DNA of 64,000 nucleotides, from assembly GCF_046119375.1 (NCBI RefSeq), contig NW_027362763.1, positions 328,166,001 through 328,230,000 on the forward strand. Reading direction: 5' to 3'. Position numbers and translations under genes: made by a program. This stretch comes from Phyllobates terribilis (lineage: Eukaryota). Below the pieces are notes generated by a model. The model was not told the origin of the DNA, ran no database searches, and saw only the letters and a list, made by a program, of their open reading frames with translations. Of the stretch, positions 27,398-38,589 are shown in pieces. Numbering within the stretch: the stretch's first letter is position 1; every line of letters starts with the position of its first letter.

Positions 27398-27494
27398 GGA
27401 AGGTCGGAATACTCTTGTTACAGCCTTCTCCCTCTTCAAATTCTTGGCAATGTATCAGTTCATTGGAATAGTTTGCATATTATTACTATTTTGG
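27398..27494 (+). CDS. atp13a4: Next coding exon (97 bp) of the ATP13A4-like gene (TM5): (K)EGRNTLVTAFSLFKFLAMYQFIGIVCILLLFW
   Basis: Acceptor gtgttttatgtAG, donor TGG|GTAAGA. The phase-2 join completes AA|G = Lys. Aligns without gaps to the recalled ATP13A4 peptide [33 protein letters not shown]. Confidence 0.9.
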
Positions 27495-27849
27495 GTAAGA
27501 CTTTTCTTTTCTTCTTCCCTTCATCCAAAACGTAAGTCATGAAAAGATGTGTTATTTCTTGGCTCCAGAATTAAAATCACCAGGATTTTCATTATTAATC
27601 ATAATGTTGTAATAGACAAATCACTGTTGTATAGAGATGAGCGAATGTTTCAATATTCAGTTCGGATTACGTTTGCCGAATTTGCAATATTCACTGAATT
27701 ATTCGTCGAACATTACCGAACGCCATAGGATGCAATTTGTCGCCAAAAAAACACATATACAACACCTTCAAATGGGCCTAAAAGCTGCCAAAACACATCA
27801 AAGGAGCAGACACCAGGAAAGTGCCATCAATTGACCCAGAGTACAAGTA

Positions 27850-28170
27850 CTATAATTAATATTATTAATATTACAGCGACATTTACACTGTGGTGCGTTA
27901 CATGTGAAAAGGGGTCACCGTCGGTGACTCACCAACTGGTACAAGAGGAGAGAGGACCCTGCCCGTGAGGGTGCACAAACAATCTACAAGGGATGGGTGA
28001 GGATGCAGTAGGTCAGGGTACAGCTAGTCGTGCAGTGTTATGCTGGAGCGATGGTTACCGCAGATTATACACTTGTCAGAAGAAGTGGGTCTTCAGCTTC
28101 CTTTTCAAGGTTTCCACGGTAGGTGACAGTCTGATGTGTTGGGGTACAGTGTTACACAGTAGGTGACATA
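27850..28170 (-). mobile_element. L2-type LINE 3' fragment
   Basis: AT-rich tail plus GAGGACCCTGCCC and AGAAGTGGGTCTTCAG motifs shared with 19344-19622 and 63265-63660. Confidence 0.6.
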
Positions 28171-28723
28171 CACAGGACAAATCTGCTGAGAGCTTAAATC
28201 ATGGTAAGCTTCCAGGAGCTCACAACTCAACTGAGCAGATTAACCCCTGCACCGATTAATATGAAGGCGAAAGGCTTCTAATGACTGCAAGAGTGGGAGG
28301 AAACAAACTCTGCAGTCTTCTGGCTCCTCTCTGTCACAGTAAACCCTTGACACTTTGCAAGCTTCAACACAATGTTCACAAGGTAGATAGCAGTGGTGGT
28401 CGGTCTCCTAGAACACGAGCTAACTCCTTTATGATGATAGGGGCCACCATCTCCTTAGCTTGCTGCTGGTAATTTTCTGTGGGAATGAGCTTGTCTCCAA
28501 CCAGCCTGTAATATTTCCAGTGAATTATGGCACGACGCCTGGGTATTAGCAATGCACCCAGTTCCAGAAGCGAAGACATCCACAATTTCCTTCTCAAGAA
28601 TTTTATTTTGTAGACTGAGTGACTGCCCAAACATTAGTTTATCACAAAGGAGCTGAAGACAGAGTGGCAGTACGTGCAAGTTTTTCCAGCATGTTAGATA
28701 TCCAAGCCGGGAGAACAGAGAGA

Positions 28724-28890
28724 GCAGCACAGTGGCTCAGTGGTTAGCACAGCAGCCTTGCAGTTCTGAAGTCCTGGGTTCAAATCCCACCAAGGACAAC
28801 ATCTCAAAGTAGTTTGTATGTTCTCCCCATGTTTGTGGGGGTTCCCCCAAGTTCTCTGGTTTCCTCCTCTGTAAAAAAGTATCCATACTG
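28724..28890 (+). mobile_element. tRNA-derived V-SINE 5' part
   Basis: A box TGGCTCAGTGG (28733), B box GGTTCAAATCC (28777), then a V-domain-like GTTTGTATGTTCTCCCCATGTTTG. Confidence 0.8.
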
Positions 28891-29719
28891 AAGTGTTCAC
28901 TGTTCAAAAAATTAGGGCTTGACACCTCCATTTCTGGCCAACAAATTGGAGATGGTGGAGTTCAACCTCTTAGCTTTGTCATGTGAAACAATCTTTTATG
29001 GGACCAAGGGCTGGCTACTCTGCTGAGAGAGGGTGGAGTACAGTGAACAGAAAAAACTGCTGCACCGTGAGTGAGATGCAGGAAGATGTTACGATGGATT
29101 GATAAAAGTGTGGTGTGCTCGTTTTCTGAGCTCGGTCAAACACAGCAGGCATTACAGCTGACGGACTCTCACTCAGCCCGACTAGAGCACGTAAAGAATC
29201 TGAGGTTCTGCGGTCGGAGACCTGCGTGATAATACTTGGCACGGTAACAGAGGAGAAGGAAGAAGCAGCCGATGTGGTTGATGGGACAGCTGATGGTTGT
29301 TGCGGTCCACATTTTATCGCAGTGAGATTGCCAGAGAAACGCATGTTGATTGTGCATGTGAAATTTCATAAATGTAGTGGTCAAATCATTGCCCTTTTTC
29401 CCTCTACTGAGTTTTTTCTTCCAAAGTTACCAGATAATGTGAGTTAGCTCATCCTTTGCAGTGTCAAAAAAGGCCCAGGTGCTGGTGACTGCCATAGTTG
29501 TGGCAAAGGATGTAGTGCTCATCTCAGTTGCATCACCTCCTTGTCTTCCTACTCCTCCACCTCCTCAGATGAGCTCCTCAGTCGCGTGCCTCTGGGTTCA
29601 CACTAAGTGGGATCTACAACCTCATCATCATCCAATGTATTATCCCAGGGCCGGCGTCAGCACCCGGCGTACCCGGGCAAGTGCCGGGGCCCTGGAAAAT
29701 CAGAGGGGCCCAGCCGCCC

Positions 29720-29910
29720 ACTCACTGTCGGGGCCCGGACCCACACACACCCACCCGCCCACTCACTGTCGGGGCCGGGCCCACACACTGTCGGGGCCGG
29801 GCCCACACACCCACCCGCCCACTCACTGTCGGGGCCGGGCCCACACACCCACCCGCCCCATCACTGTCGGGGCCGGGCCCACACACCCACCCGCCCACTC
29901 ACTGTCGGGG
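29720..29910. repeat. ~35-bp GC-rich minisatellite
   Basis: About five copies of CCCACTCACTGTCGGGGCCGGGCCCACACACCCACCCG. Confidence 0.9.
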
Positions 29911-30439
29911 CCCTGGCCGCTTCCTCGGCACCTGTTCAGGGACGCAGGCGCTGCTTGATTGCCGGCACTTCCCCCAGACATGGCCGCGCGCTGTCCGGCT
30001 GTGTCTGCTAGTAATGACACGGCAGGGTCGACGGCACTGCACCTTTAATTGTGCTTGTGTGTCGCTCCTGCCGCGTCATTACTAGCAGACACAGCCGCAC
30101 AGCGCGCGGCCATGTCTGGGGGAAGTGCCGGCAATCAAACACCGTCGGAGCGGAGGTCCTGCACAGATGGGCGGGAGGGGCCCGGACCCGACCGCAAGTG
30201 GGCCCCTCTGATGTTCCAGGGCCATGAAGTCTGTGACACGCCGGGGGCCCTGCACTGCCCCATACCCGAGGAGCTGCTGGACAGGACACTGGACCGGGGA
30301 CAGGTGAGTGAGGCTTCCCCAATCCCCATATTAAAAATATTAGTAATGGGTCTGTGTGAGTGCAAGTATGTGAATGTCAGTGTATATGACTGTGTATATA
30401 TATTTGTCTGTTTTATCTATGTGTATGTCTGTATGTGTA

Positions 30440-31330
30440 CATATGTCTGCGTACCGTGTGTGCGCGCGCCTATGTCTGCGTACCGTGTGTGCGCGCGCCT
30501 ATGTCTGCGTACCGTGTGTGCGCGCGCCTATGTCTGCGTACCGTGTGTGCGCGCGCATATGTCTGCGTACCGTGTGTGCACGCGCATGTCTGCGTACCGT
30601 GTGTGCGCACGCATATGTCTGCGTACCGTGTGTGCGTGCATATGTCTGCGTACCGTGTGTGCGTGTGCATATGTCTGCGTATGTGAAGGATGAGGGGGCA
30701 GGCTGGGCCATGTGTAATAAATAAATAAATATATATATATATATTTATTTATTTCTCCGCCGTATCTGTGCATCATGAATCGTGTATGTGTTAAAAGGGC
30801 CCACTGAGACTCTTTCGCCCGGGGCCCAGAAAAACCTGGAGCCGGCCTTGGTCAGTGTATATGACTGTGTATATATATTTGTCTGTTTTATCTATGTGTA
30901 TGTCTGTATGTGTACATATGTCTGCGTACCGTGTGTGCGCGCGCATATGTCTGCGTACCGTGTGTGCGCGCGCATGTCTGCGTACCGTGTGTGCGCACGC
31001 ATATGTCTGCGTACCGTGTGTGCGCGCGCCTATGTCTGCGTACCGTGTGTGCGCGCGCCTATGTCTGCGTACCGTGTGTGCGCACGCCTATGTCTGCGTA
31101 CCGTGTGTGCGCGCGCCTATGTCTGCGTACCGTGTGTGCGCGCGCCTATGTCTGCGTACCGTGTGTGCGCGCGCCTATGTCTGCGTACCGTGTGTGCGCG
31201 CGCATATGTCTGCGTACCATGTGTGCGCGCGCATGTCTGCGTACCGTGTGTGCGCACGCATATGTCTGCGTACCGTGTGTGCGTGCATATGTCTGCGTAC
31301 CGTGTGTGCGTGTGCATATGTCTGCGTATG
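30440..31330. repeat. 29-bp minisatellite arrays (30440-30680 and 30915-31330)
   Basis: (TATGTCTGCGTACCGTGTGTGCGCGCGCC)n, with a (TA)n tract at ~31372-31405. Confidence 0.95.
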
Positions 31331-31367
31331 TGAAGGATGAGGGTGCAGGCTGGGCCATGTGTAATAA

Positions 31368-31409
<42 letters not shown>

Positions 31410-31688
31410 TTATTTCTCCGCCGTATCTGTGCATCATGAATCGTGTATGTGTTAAAAGGGCCCACTGAGACTCTTTTGCCCGGGGCCCAGAAAAACCTGG
31501 AGCCGGCCCTGTATTATCCCATTCCTCGCCCTGACTGTCACCCTCCTCCTCCTCCTCCTCCTCTTGCCGTGACAGCAAAGTACAGTGGAGGGTCAGGAAG
31601 CTGTTTGGACCTAACCTTTTTTTTTCCCCTGTATGGAGAACAATATTTGCCCCAAAAAACTTTAAGCTGAGATGTAGTCTACTTTATA

Positions 31689-33258
31689 AAGTGGGGGAAA
31701 TAAGTATTTGATCCCTTGCTGTTTTTGGAAGTTTGCCCACTGAAAAAGACATGAACAGTCTATAATTGTAAAGGTAGGCTAATTTTAACATTGAGAGATA
31801 GAATACCCCCAAAAAATCAAGAAAATCACATTGAATAAATTAGATACATTTTTTTGCATTTTGCAGTGAGAAATAAGTATTTAATCCCCTTCAAACCATT
31901 ATGAGTTCTGGCTCCTACAGACCAGTTAGACGCTCCTAATCTACTCGTTACCTGCATTAAAGACAGCTGTTTTGCATAGTCACCTGTATAAAAGACTCCT
32001 GTCCACAGACTCAATTAATCAGTCAGACTCTAACCTCTACAACACTGGCAAGACCAAAGAGCTTTCTAAGGATGTAAGGGACAAGATCATAGACCTATGC
32101 AAAGATGGAATGGGCTACAAAACCATAAGTAAGACGCTGGGTGAGAAGGAGACAACTGTTGGTGCAATAGTTAGAAAATGGAAGAAATACAAAATGACTG
32201 TCAATCGACATTGATCTGGGGCACCATGCAAAATCTCACCTCGTGGGGTATCCTTAATCATGAGGATGGTGAGAGATCAGCCTAAAACTACATAGGGGGA
32301 ACTTGTTAATGATCTCAAGGCAGCTGGGACCACAGTCACCAAGAAAACCATTGGTAACACATTACGCCTTAAAGATTTAAAATCCTGCAGTGCCCGCAAG
32401 ATCCCCCTATACAAGAAGGCACATGTGCAGGCCCATATGTAGTTTGCCAAGGAACACCTGGATGATTCTGTGAGTTATCGGGAGAAGGTGCTGTGGTCAG
32501 ACGAGACAAAAATTGAGCTCTTTGGCATTAACTCAACTCGCCATGTTTGGTGGAAGAAGGATGAGTACAACCCTAAGAACATTGTCCCAACCGTGAGCAT
32601 GGTAGGGGAAACATTATACTTTGGGGGTCATTTTCTGTAAAGGGGACATGTTGACTGCACCGTACTGAAGGGAATGTTTCGCAAGATTTTGGCTAACAAC
32701 TTCCTTTCCTCAGTAAGAGCATTGAAGATGGGTCGTGGCTGGGTCTTCCAGCATGACAATGACCGAAAACATACAGCCAAGACAACAAAGGAGTGGCTCA
32801 AAAAGAAGCACTGTAAGGTCATGGAGTGGCCTAGCCAGTCTCCAGACCTTAATCCCATAGAAAACTTATGGAAGAAGTTGAAGCTCCGAGTTGCCAAGCG
32901 ACAAAATCTTAGTGATTTAGAGATGATCTTCAAAGAGGAGTGGACCAAAATTCCTCCTGACATGTGCACAAACCTCATCATCAACTACAAACAACGTCTT
33001 ACTGCTGTGCTTGCCAACAAGGATTTTGCCATCAGCTATTAAGTGTTGTTTGCCAGAGGAATCAAATACTTATTTCTCACTGCAAAATGCAAAAAAATTA
33101 TCTAATTTATACAATGTGATTTTCTTGATTTTTTGGGGGGATTTTCTATCTCTCAATGTTAAAATTAACCTACCCTTAAAATTATAGACTGTTCATGTCT
33201 TTGTAAGTGGACAAACTTGCAAAAACAGCAAGGGATTAAATATTTATTTTCCCTACTG
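31689..33258 (+). mobile_element. Tc1-like transposon #4 (1570 bp), same family as #3; transposase ~32043-33042 decayed
   Basis: TA flanks at 31687-88 and 33259-60. TIR (C>A)AGTGGGGGAAATAAGTATTTGATCCCTTGCTG. Motifs QHDND and SPDLNPIE. Confidence 0.93.
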
Positions 33259-33359
33259 TATACCATGGTAGAAAGAAAACCAATTTCTATTTTATCATGT
33301 GTTCCCCTGTGAGAACAATATCTGCACTAAACAATGAATTTCAATAGATTATAAGTATT

Positions 33360-33850
33360 ATAATGGAGAATGACACCTCTTCCACTACAGCCAACCCAGC
33401 AGATGGAGACACAATCAGGAGTGTTCATGTTCACATTTTAAAAAATTAGTGCCTAAAACCAGCAAAGTGCCATCAATTTCACTAGAGTGGAAATAGTGTA
33501 ATTAGGACCGGCAACTCTTCCAGTGCAGCCAACCCAGGAGATGGAGACCTTGCAAGGAGTGTTCACATTTCTCTAAATTAGGGCCTAAAACCACCGAAGT
33601 GGCATCAATTTCACTAGAGTAGAAATAGTATAATGGAGACTAAAACCTCTTCCACTACAGCCAACCCAATAAATGGAGACCCATTCAGGATTGTCCACAT
33701 TTCCAAAAATTAGAGGCAGACACCAGCAAAGTGGCATCAATTTCACAAGAGTATAAGTAGTATAATGGGTACCGACACCTTTTTCACTACAGCCAAACCA
33801 GCAGATGGAGACGCAATCAGGAGTATTCACATTTAAAAAAATTAGGGACT
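33360..33850. repeat. Family-B 3' tandem repeat (reverse complement of 18490-19085)
   Basis: Repeated CTCTTCCACTACAGCCAACCCAG..GATGGAGAC. Confidence 0.85.
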
Positions 33851-33945
33851 AAAACCTGCAGCAGCAGCAAGAGCAGGCACAGAAGCCATATCACAGACTG
33901 AAATTCAGCGAGATCAATGCAGCACAGTAAAAACTACAACATCAC

Positions 33946-36900
33946 ATAGTCTATACAGTCTGCGATTGGGATGCAAAAGTCCTTGCAGATTCATGACTGT
34001 TACGGGTCCTGGTCGTGGAATCTCTGTGCTACGGTGCAAGGAGGAACCAGAGGGGTGTAACTAGGTATCAACTCGGACTGACCCAAGTCGTACGGCAGCT
34101 CAATCGACTCCGTGACCAGAGAAGGACCGAGCAGAGGGACCTGGTTCTACTCTGGGCCAGACCTTACATGAGAGCAGGTGACTCCCACGGGTCAGAAGGC
34201 AGGGGCAGACCGTTACAGCAGATGAGCACGGCAGGCAGGCTGACGGATGATCTGGGTAGATGGACTGGCAGACATGGCAGGTAACAAGCAGAGGCCTCTA
34301 GGTAGGCTGGCTGGTAGGCACGGCAGGTAACAGGCAGGTGTTTCCAGGTAAGCAGGCGGGTAGGCACGGCAGGTAACAAGCAGGAGCCTCCAGGTAGGCT
34401 GGCTGGTAGGCACGGCAGGTAACAGGCAGGTGCTTCCAGGTAAGCCAGCAGTCAGGGCCCATAGACAGACTGGCAAACTGGACTGTAGACAGACTGTCGG
34501 GCTGTAAAGTAGACAAGCAGGCAGACAGGACTGGTAGTCAGGCTGGCAGACTGGACTGGTAGTCAGGCTGGCGAGCTGGACTGGTAGTCAGGCTGGCGGA
34601 CTGGACTGGTAGTCAGGCTGGCAGACTGGACTGGTAGTCAGGCTGGTGGACTGGGCTGGTAGTCAGGCTAGCAGCGGGACCTGAGGGCTGAAGCAGAGTT
34701 TAACACACAAAGCTACAACCTTGCACGAGCACCTCCATTTTGGAAGAGGTGCCTTTCATATGAGAGGTCCTCCGGCCATTGGCTGGGGACTCGTTAGGAC
34801 GGCACGCGGCCCCTTTAAGAGTGAGGGGCGCACCCTAAGCACAGTGCCTGGGAAGCTGCGCATGCTGGCAGCAGCAGAAGAAGGAGCGCCGGAGGACGCC
34901 CGGCGGAGAGCGCGGCGGTAAGAGGGACGGCGTCTCTGCCCCCTGACACTACTGCAATGACTTGTTCATCTTGATGAAAGTTAGGCGGTCTACACTTTCA
35001 TGGGACAGCCATCTGTGCTTATCCATCGGGACACCACCAGCAGCTCTGAGAGAACGCTGGCTGCCGGGCATAATGAAACCTCCAAGGTGTGACAGGCAAG
35101 CTCAGGCCATTCATACATTTTTGAAGATCAAAATGTAAAAAGGACCCAGATCCTCCCTGATGGTATTAATATTGAGCTCTAGATACTCCTGCAGCATCCT
35201 CTCCAGTCGCTCACCATGTGTGAGACTTGTACTCTGTTGTGCTGGTGCATGAGCTGGTGTAAAAAATGTGTGAATGGACTTCTGCCATTTACTCTGCTAA
35301 TGTTCTGGCATTAATAAACTGATGTGCTGGAGGTTGAAAGACTACAGCTGCGATGCACATTGTGTGCCTCACTGCTATCTTGGGGAAACCCTCTATTAAG
35401 GTTGCTTAAAAGCTTATTTTGATACTCCAACATTAGCAGGTCCCTTTCCAGGGCGGGAAGCATTTGGCAAAATGTACTTTTATAACATGGATCTAATAGC
35501 GTGGTAAGCCAATAGTCATCATTATTTTGAATCCTAACTCTACAGGGATCATGTTGCAGTTAGTGCTTTAAGAAGCAACTCATATGTCGGGCTTTTCCAG
35601 GAGGTCCCCAGCCATGCTGTATTGATGGCTGCTTAACACTGATGCTTGTTTCATCCATTCCCTCCTGCCAACCACATTTAACAGAGAGGAGATGATTATC
35701 CCCTTCATATTCTAACTGTTGCTTCTTACTCCTCCATTTGTTCCTCGGTTCCTGCACCTTCACTAACAGTTTGTCTGGTATCACCAACCCTCCTCGAACG
35801 CAGTAATCCACCGTCACTTGGCATCGGCCTGTGTGATGACAGTCCGGAACTTTGAGACATTCTCATCCCTTCTGCATACTCCTCTTCTTCTGGGACAAAC
35901 ACCTCCTGCTGCAGGCTATTCAAAATCTACTCCAGCATGTAGATGATGGAATAGTGATGCTGATGACGGCATCGTCAGCGTTAACCATTTTAGTAGCCAT
36001 TTTAAAACTGTGCGTAAAGGTTCAGAGGTCCTTAATCTGTTCCCACTCCGTAAACATGATATGCCCCATGTCCATACTGCATTGGCCCAGGCTATACAAC
36101 ATGACATACTGCGTCAGGGCTCATTGCTGCTGACACAGTTGCTGCAACATGTGCAGAGTGGAATTCCACCACGTCTGCATATCAACCTGTTAACTGGCAT
36201 GGACAAAAACCTTTGTGTCAATGACATGAAGGGTGCAAATGGCGAAAGAGATCACACAGCTTCCATGCTTTCTGAAGCAGCTCCTCCAGGCCGAATAGTG
36301 GGTGGAGAAATTGCTGTACCATCAGATTGAGGACGTGAGCCATGCAAGGCACATGTGTGACCTTGCCTCAGCCAAGGGCCGTCACCAGTTTCAGATTATT
36401 ATTGCACATGGCCTTCCCTGGCTCTAGGTTCAGTGGAGACAGCCATTGCTCAAACTGAGCCTGTATAGCTGTCCACAACTCTTCAGCTGTATGACTGCGA
36501 TCTCCAAGGCATATTAATTTTATGACTGCCTGATTCTGGTGAGCCCTGCCTGTGCAGTACGAAGGTGGTGTGGATGCGCTCTGCACTGTTGGAATGTGTG
36601 TCTCATTAAGGCAGAGGTTGAGTGAGCAGGTGGAGGCACTAGAGGAGGTGGAGGAGGCAGAAGCAGTGGAGGAACTGAAATACAGAGGCTTGTCCTGTAA
36701 GCTTTGGAGATTCCAAGATTTGTGGAGCAGCCCCTGCCCCCACAGCCACCAGAGTTACCCAGTGCCCAGTTGGAGAGATGTAATGCCCTTGGACATGCTT
36801 ACTTGTCCAGGTGTCTGTGGTGAAATGCACCCTGGCCGACATAGATTTAGTCAAGGAAAGGGTGATGTTGTCTGCAACAAGCTGGTGTAGCGCAGGTACA

Positions 36901-38483
36901 GCTTTCTTATTGAAGTAATGGTGACTGGGTAACTGGTACTGGGGGACTGTGATGGCCATCAGGTTTCAGAAACCATCTGTATCTACCAGGTGGAAAGGCA
37001 GCATTTCCGTGGCCAACAGATTGGAGATGGTGGAGTTCAACCTCTTAGCTTTCTCATGTGTAGGATGAAACAATCTTTTTCGTGACCACAACTGCTGGAC
37101 CGAGGGCTGGCTGCAGTGCTGAGAGAAAGGAGTACGGTGAACCGGACAAACTGGTGGACCGTGAGTGAGGTGCAGATGTAACGGTGGATTGAGAAACGTG
37201 GTCTGCTTGGTGAAAAAAACAAGGCAGGCATGTACCTTTCCATTACAGCTGACGGACTCTCACTCAGCCTGACTGGAGTGGGAAAATAACTGGAGGGTCT
37301 ACGGTGGGAGACCTGCATGACAATACTTGGCACTGTAACAAAGGAGGGGGAAGAAGCAGCGGATGCGGTTGATGGGGTGGCTGATGGTTGTTGAGGTTTG
37401 TTGGTCCGCATTTCAGCTCAGTGAACGCATGTTGTGTGCGCAAGTGAAGGTTCATGCATGTAGTAGTCAGTCAAATTATTGCACTTTTTCCCTCTACTGA
37501 GTTTTATCTTGCAAAGTTTGCAGATAACGTGAGTTGGCTCATTCTTTGCGGTGACAAAAAAAGCACAGGCTAGGCAACCCGTGCCGCCCCTGTGAGCTGC
37601 AGACCCGTGACTGCTTCTTACCACAGCCAATTTGTGGAGAAGGATGCAGTGCTCCTCGTGCTTACATCACTCAGTGTCTGCGCGTAGGGTGAAATATAAC
37701 CTCCTCATCTTCCTCCTCCACCACCTCAGATGAGCTACTCGTCTGCATGACTCTGGGTTCACATCAAGTAGGATCTTCACCCTCATCATCATCCAATGTG
37801 TTATCCCATTCCTCAGAGTGACCGTTCTCCTCTTGTTGCCCTGATAGCACAGTACAGTCCGTATGAGCCTCAGGTATATGAGTTTCATCGTGATTACCTC
37901 CCTCCCTGGTTGTTAACGTCTGGTGATGAGAGTCAGGAACCTGCTCGGACCCTACTTTGTCCTGCCCTGAATCAAACTGAAAAAAAATTTGTGCATCGGT
38001 GCAGATGCTTTCCTCCTCTTCTTGACTCTGTGGATGTTTGGAGTACACTTCTGATGTCCATGGTATAGAATGGGTGAACAGTTCTACAGACTCACCCATC
38101 TGTGGTTCGCTACAGTCAGTTGGGTACTTGGACAGTTGTGACGCGGGGGGAAGCAAGGGTAATTGGGGTGCCACCTCTGTGGACTATAATGTGTGTGATG
38201 TAGAGGTGGAGGAAGAAGTGGAGAGGCCACTTGAAGCAGCGCTTGATATCCACTGGAGCACCTGCTCTTTCTGGCCCCTATCAACAAGGCATATCACTGT
38301 GTGGCTGCCAAAGAAAGGGAGTGGAGTAGCCTGTTCAGAAACAGAAGTTTTCAGTTGTCTTCAGATAGGACATGATGGTGTTGGTTCACTAGTGCTTTCA
38401 CTAACATTACCACCTATCCCACGTATACTTTGCACACCAAGCCTATTACCCCTTCCACCATGACCTCTTTTTTTCCCACTCAT
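33946..38483 (-). pseudogene. hAT transposase, family B (copy B2), full-length span, decayed, split by a solo LTR
   Basis: ATG at 38483 (MSGKKRGHGGRGNRLG), BED finger, VHFTTDTWTSKHVQGHYIS. The C-terminus is colinear with 18290-18363. Confidence 0.9.
33998..34956 (-). mobile_element. Solo LTR (959 bp) related to the 53021-59275 chromovirus
   Basis: TGTTAC...ACTGCA with a perfect 5-bp TSD ATGAC. Homologous to 53021-54034. Internal tandem repeats. Confidence 0.92.
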
Positions 38484-38589
38484 GTTGCTCAGAAACTGTG
38501 GTAGGAGCACACTATTAGCAAAACAAAATTCGATTTTTTCCTTTGCAACAGCTCTGCACACACCTGAATTTCAGCGGCACTAAATGACA

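Larger units (their letters stand above)
29646..31511. mobile_element. hAT-type MITE (TIR CAGGGCCGGC) with minisatellites and a duplicated right end
   Basis: Perfect 8-bp TSD TATTATCC at 29638-45 and 31512-19. 10-bp TIR. Confidence 0.93.
28950..31580 (-). pseudogene. Duplicated N-terminal fragment of family-B hAT transposase, split by a MITE
   Basis: 28950-29645 plus 31512-31580 are colinear with 37000-37840 (BED-finger region). Confidence 0.75.

Noticed and set aside
28724-28800. tRNA gene
   Set aside because: The A and B boxes run into a SINE V-domain and there is no cloverleaf or acceptor stem. The same applies at 47488 and 62759.
29461-31578. Many overlapping Cys/His/Arg-rich ORFs resembling metal-binding proteins
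   Set aside because: Translations of stop-poor 35-bp and 29-bp minisatellites inside a MITE, open in several frames on both strands.
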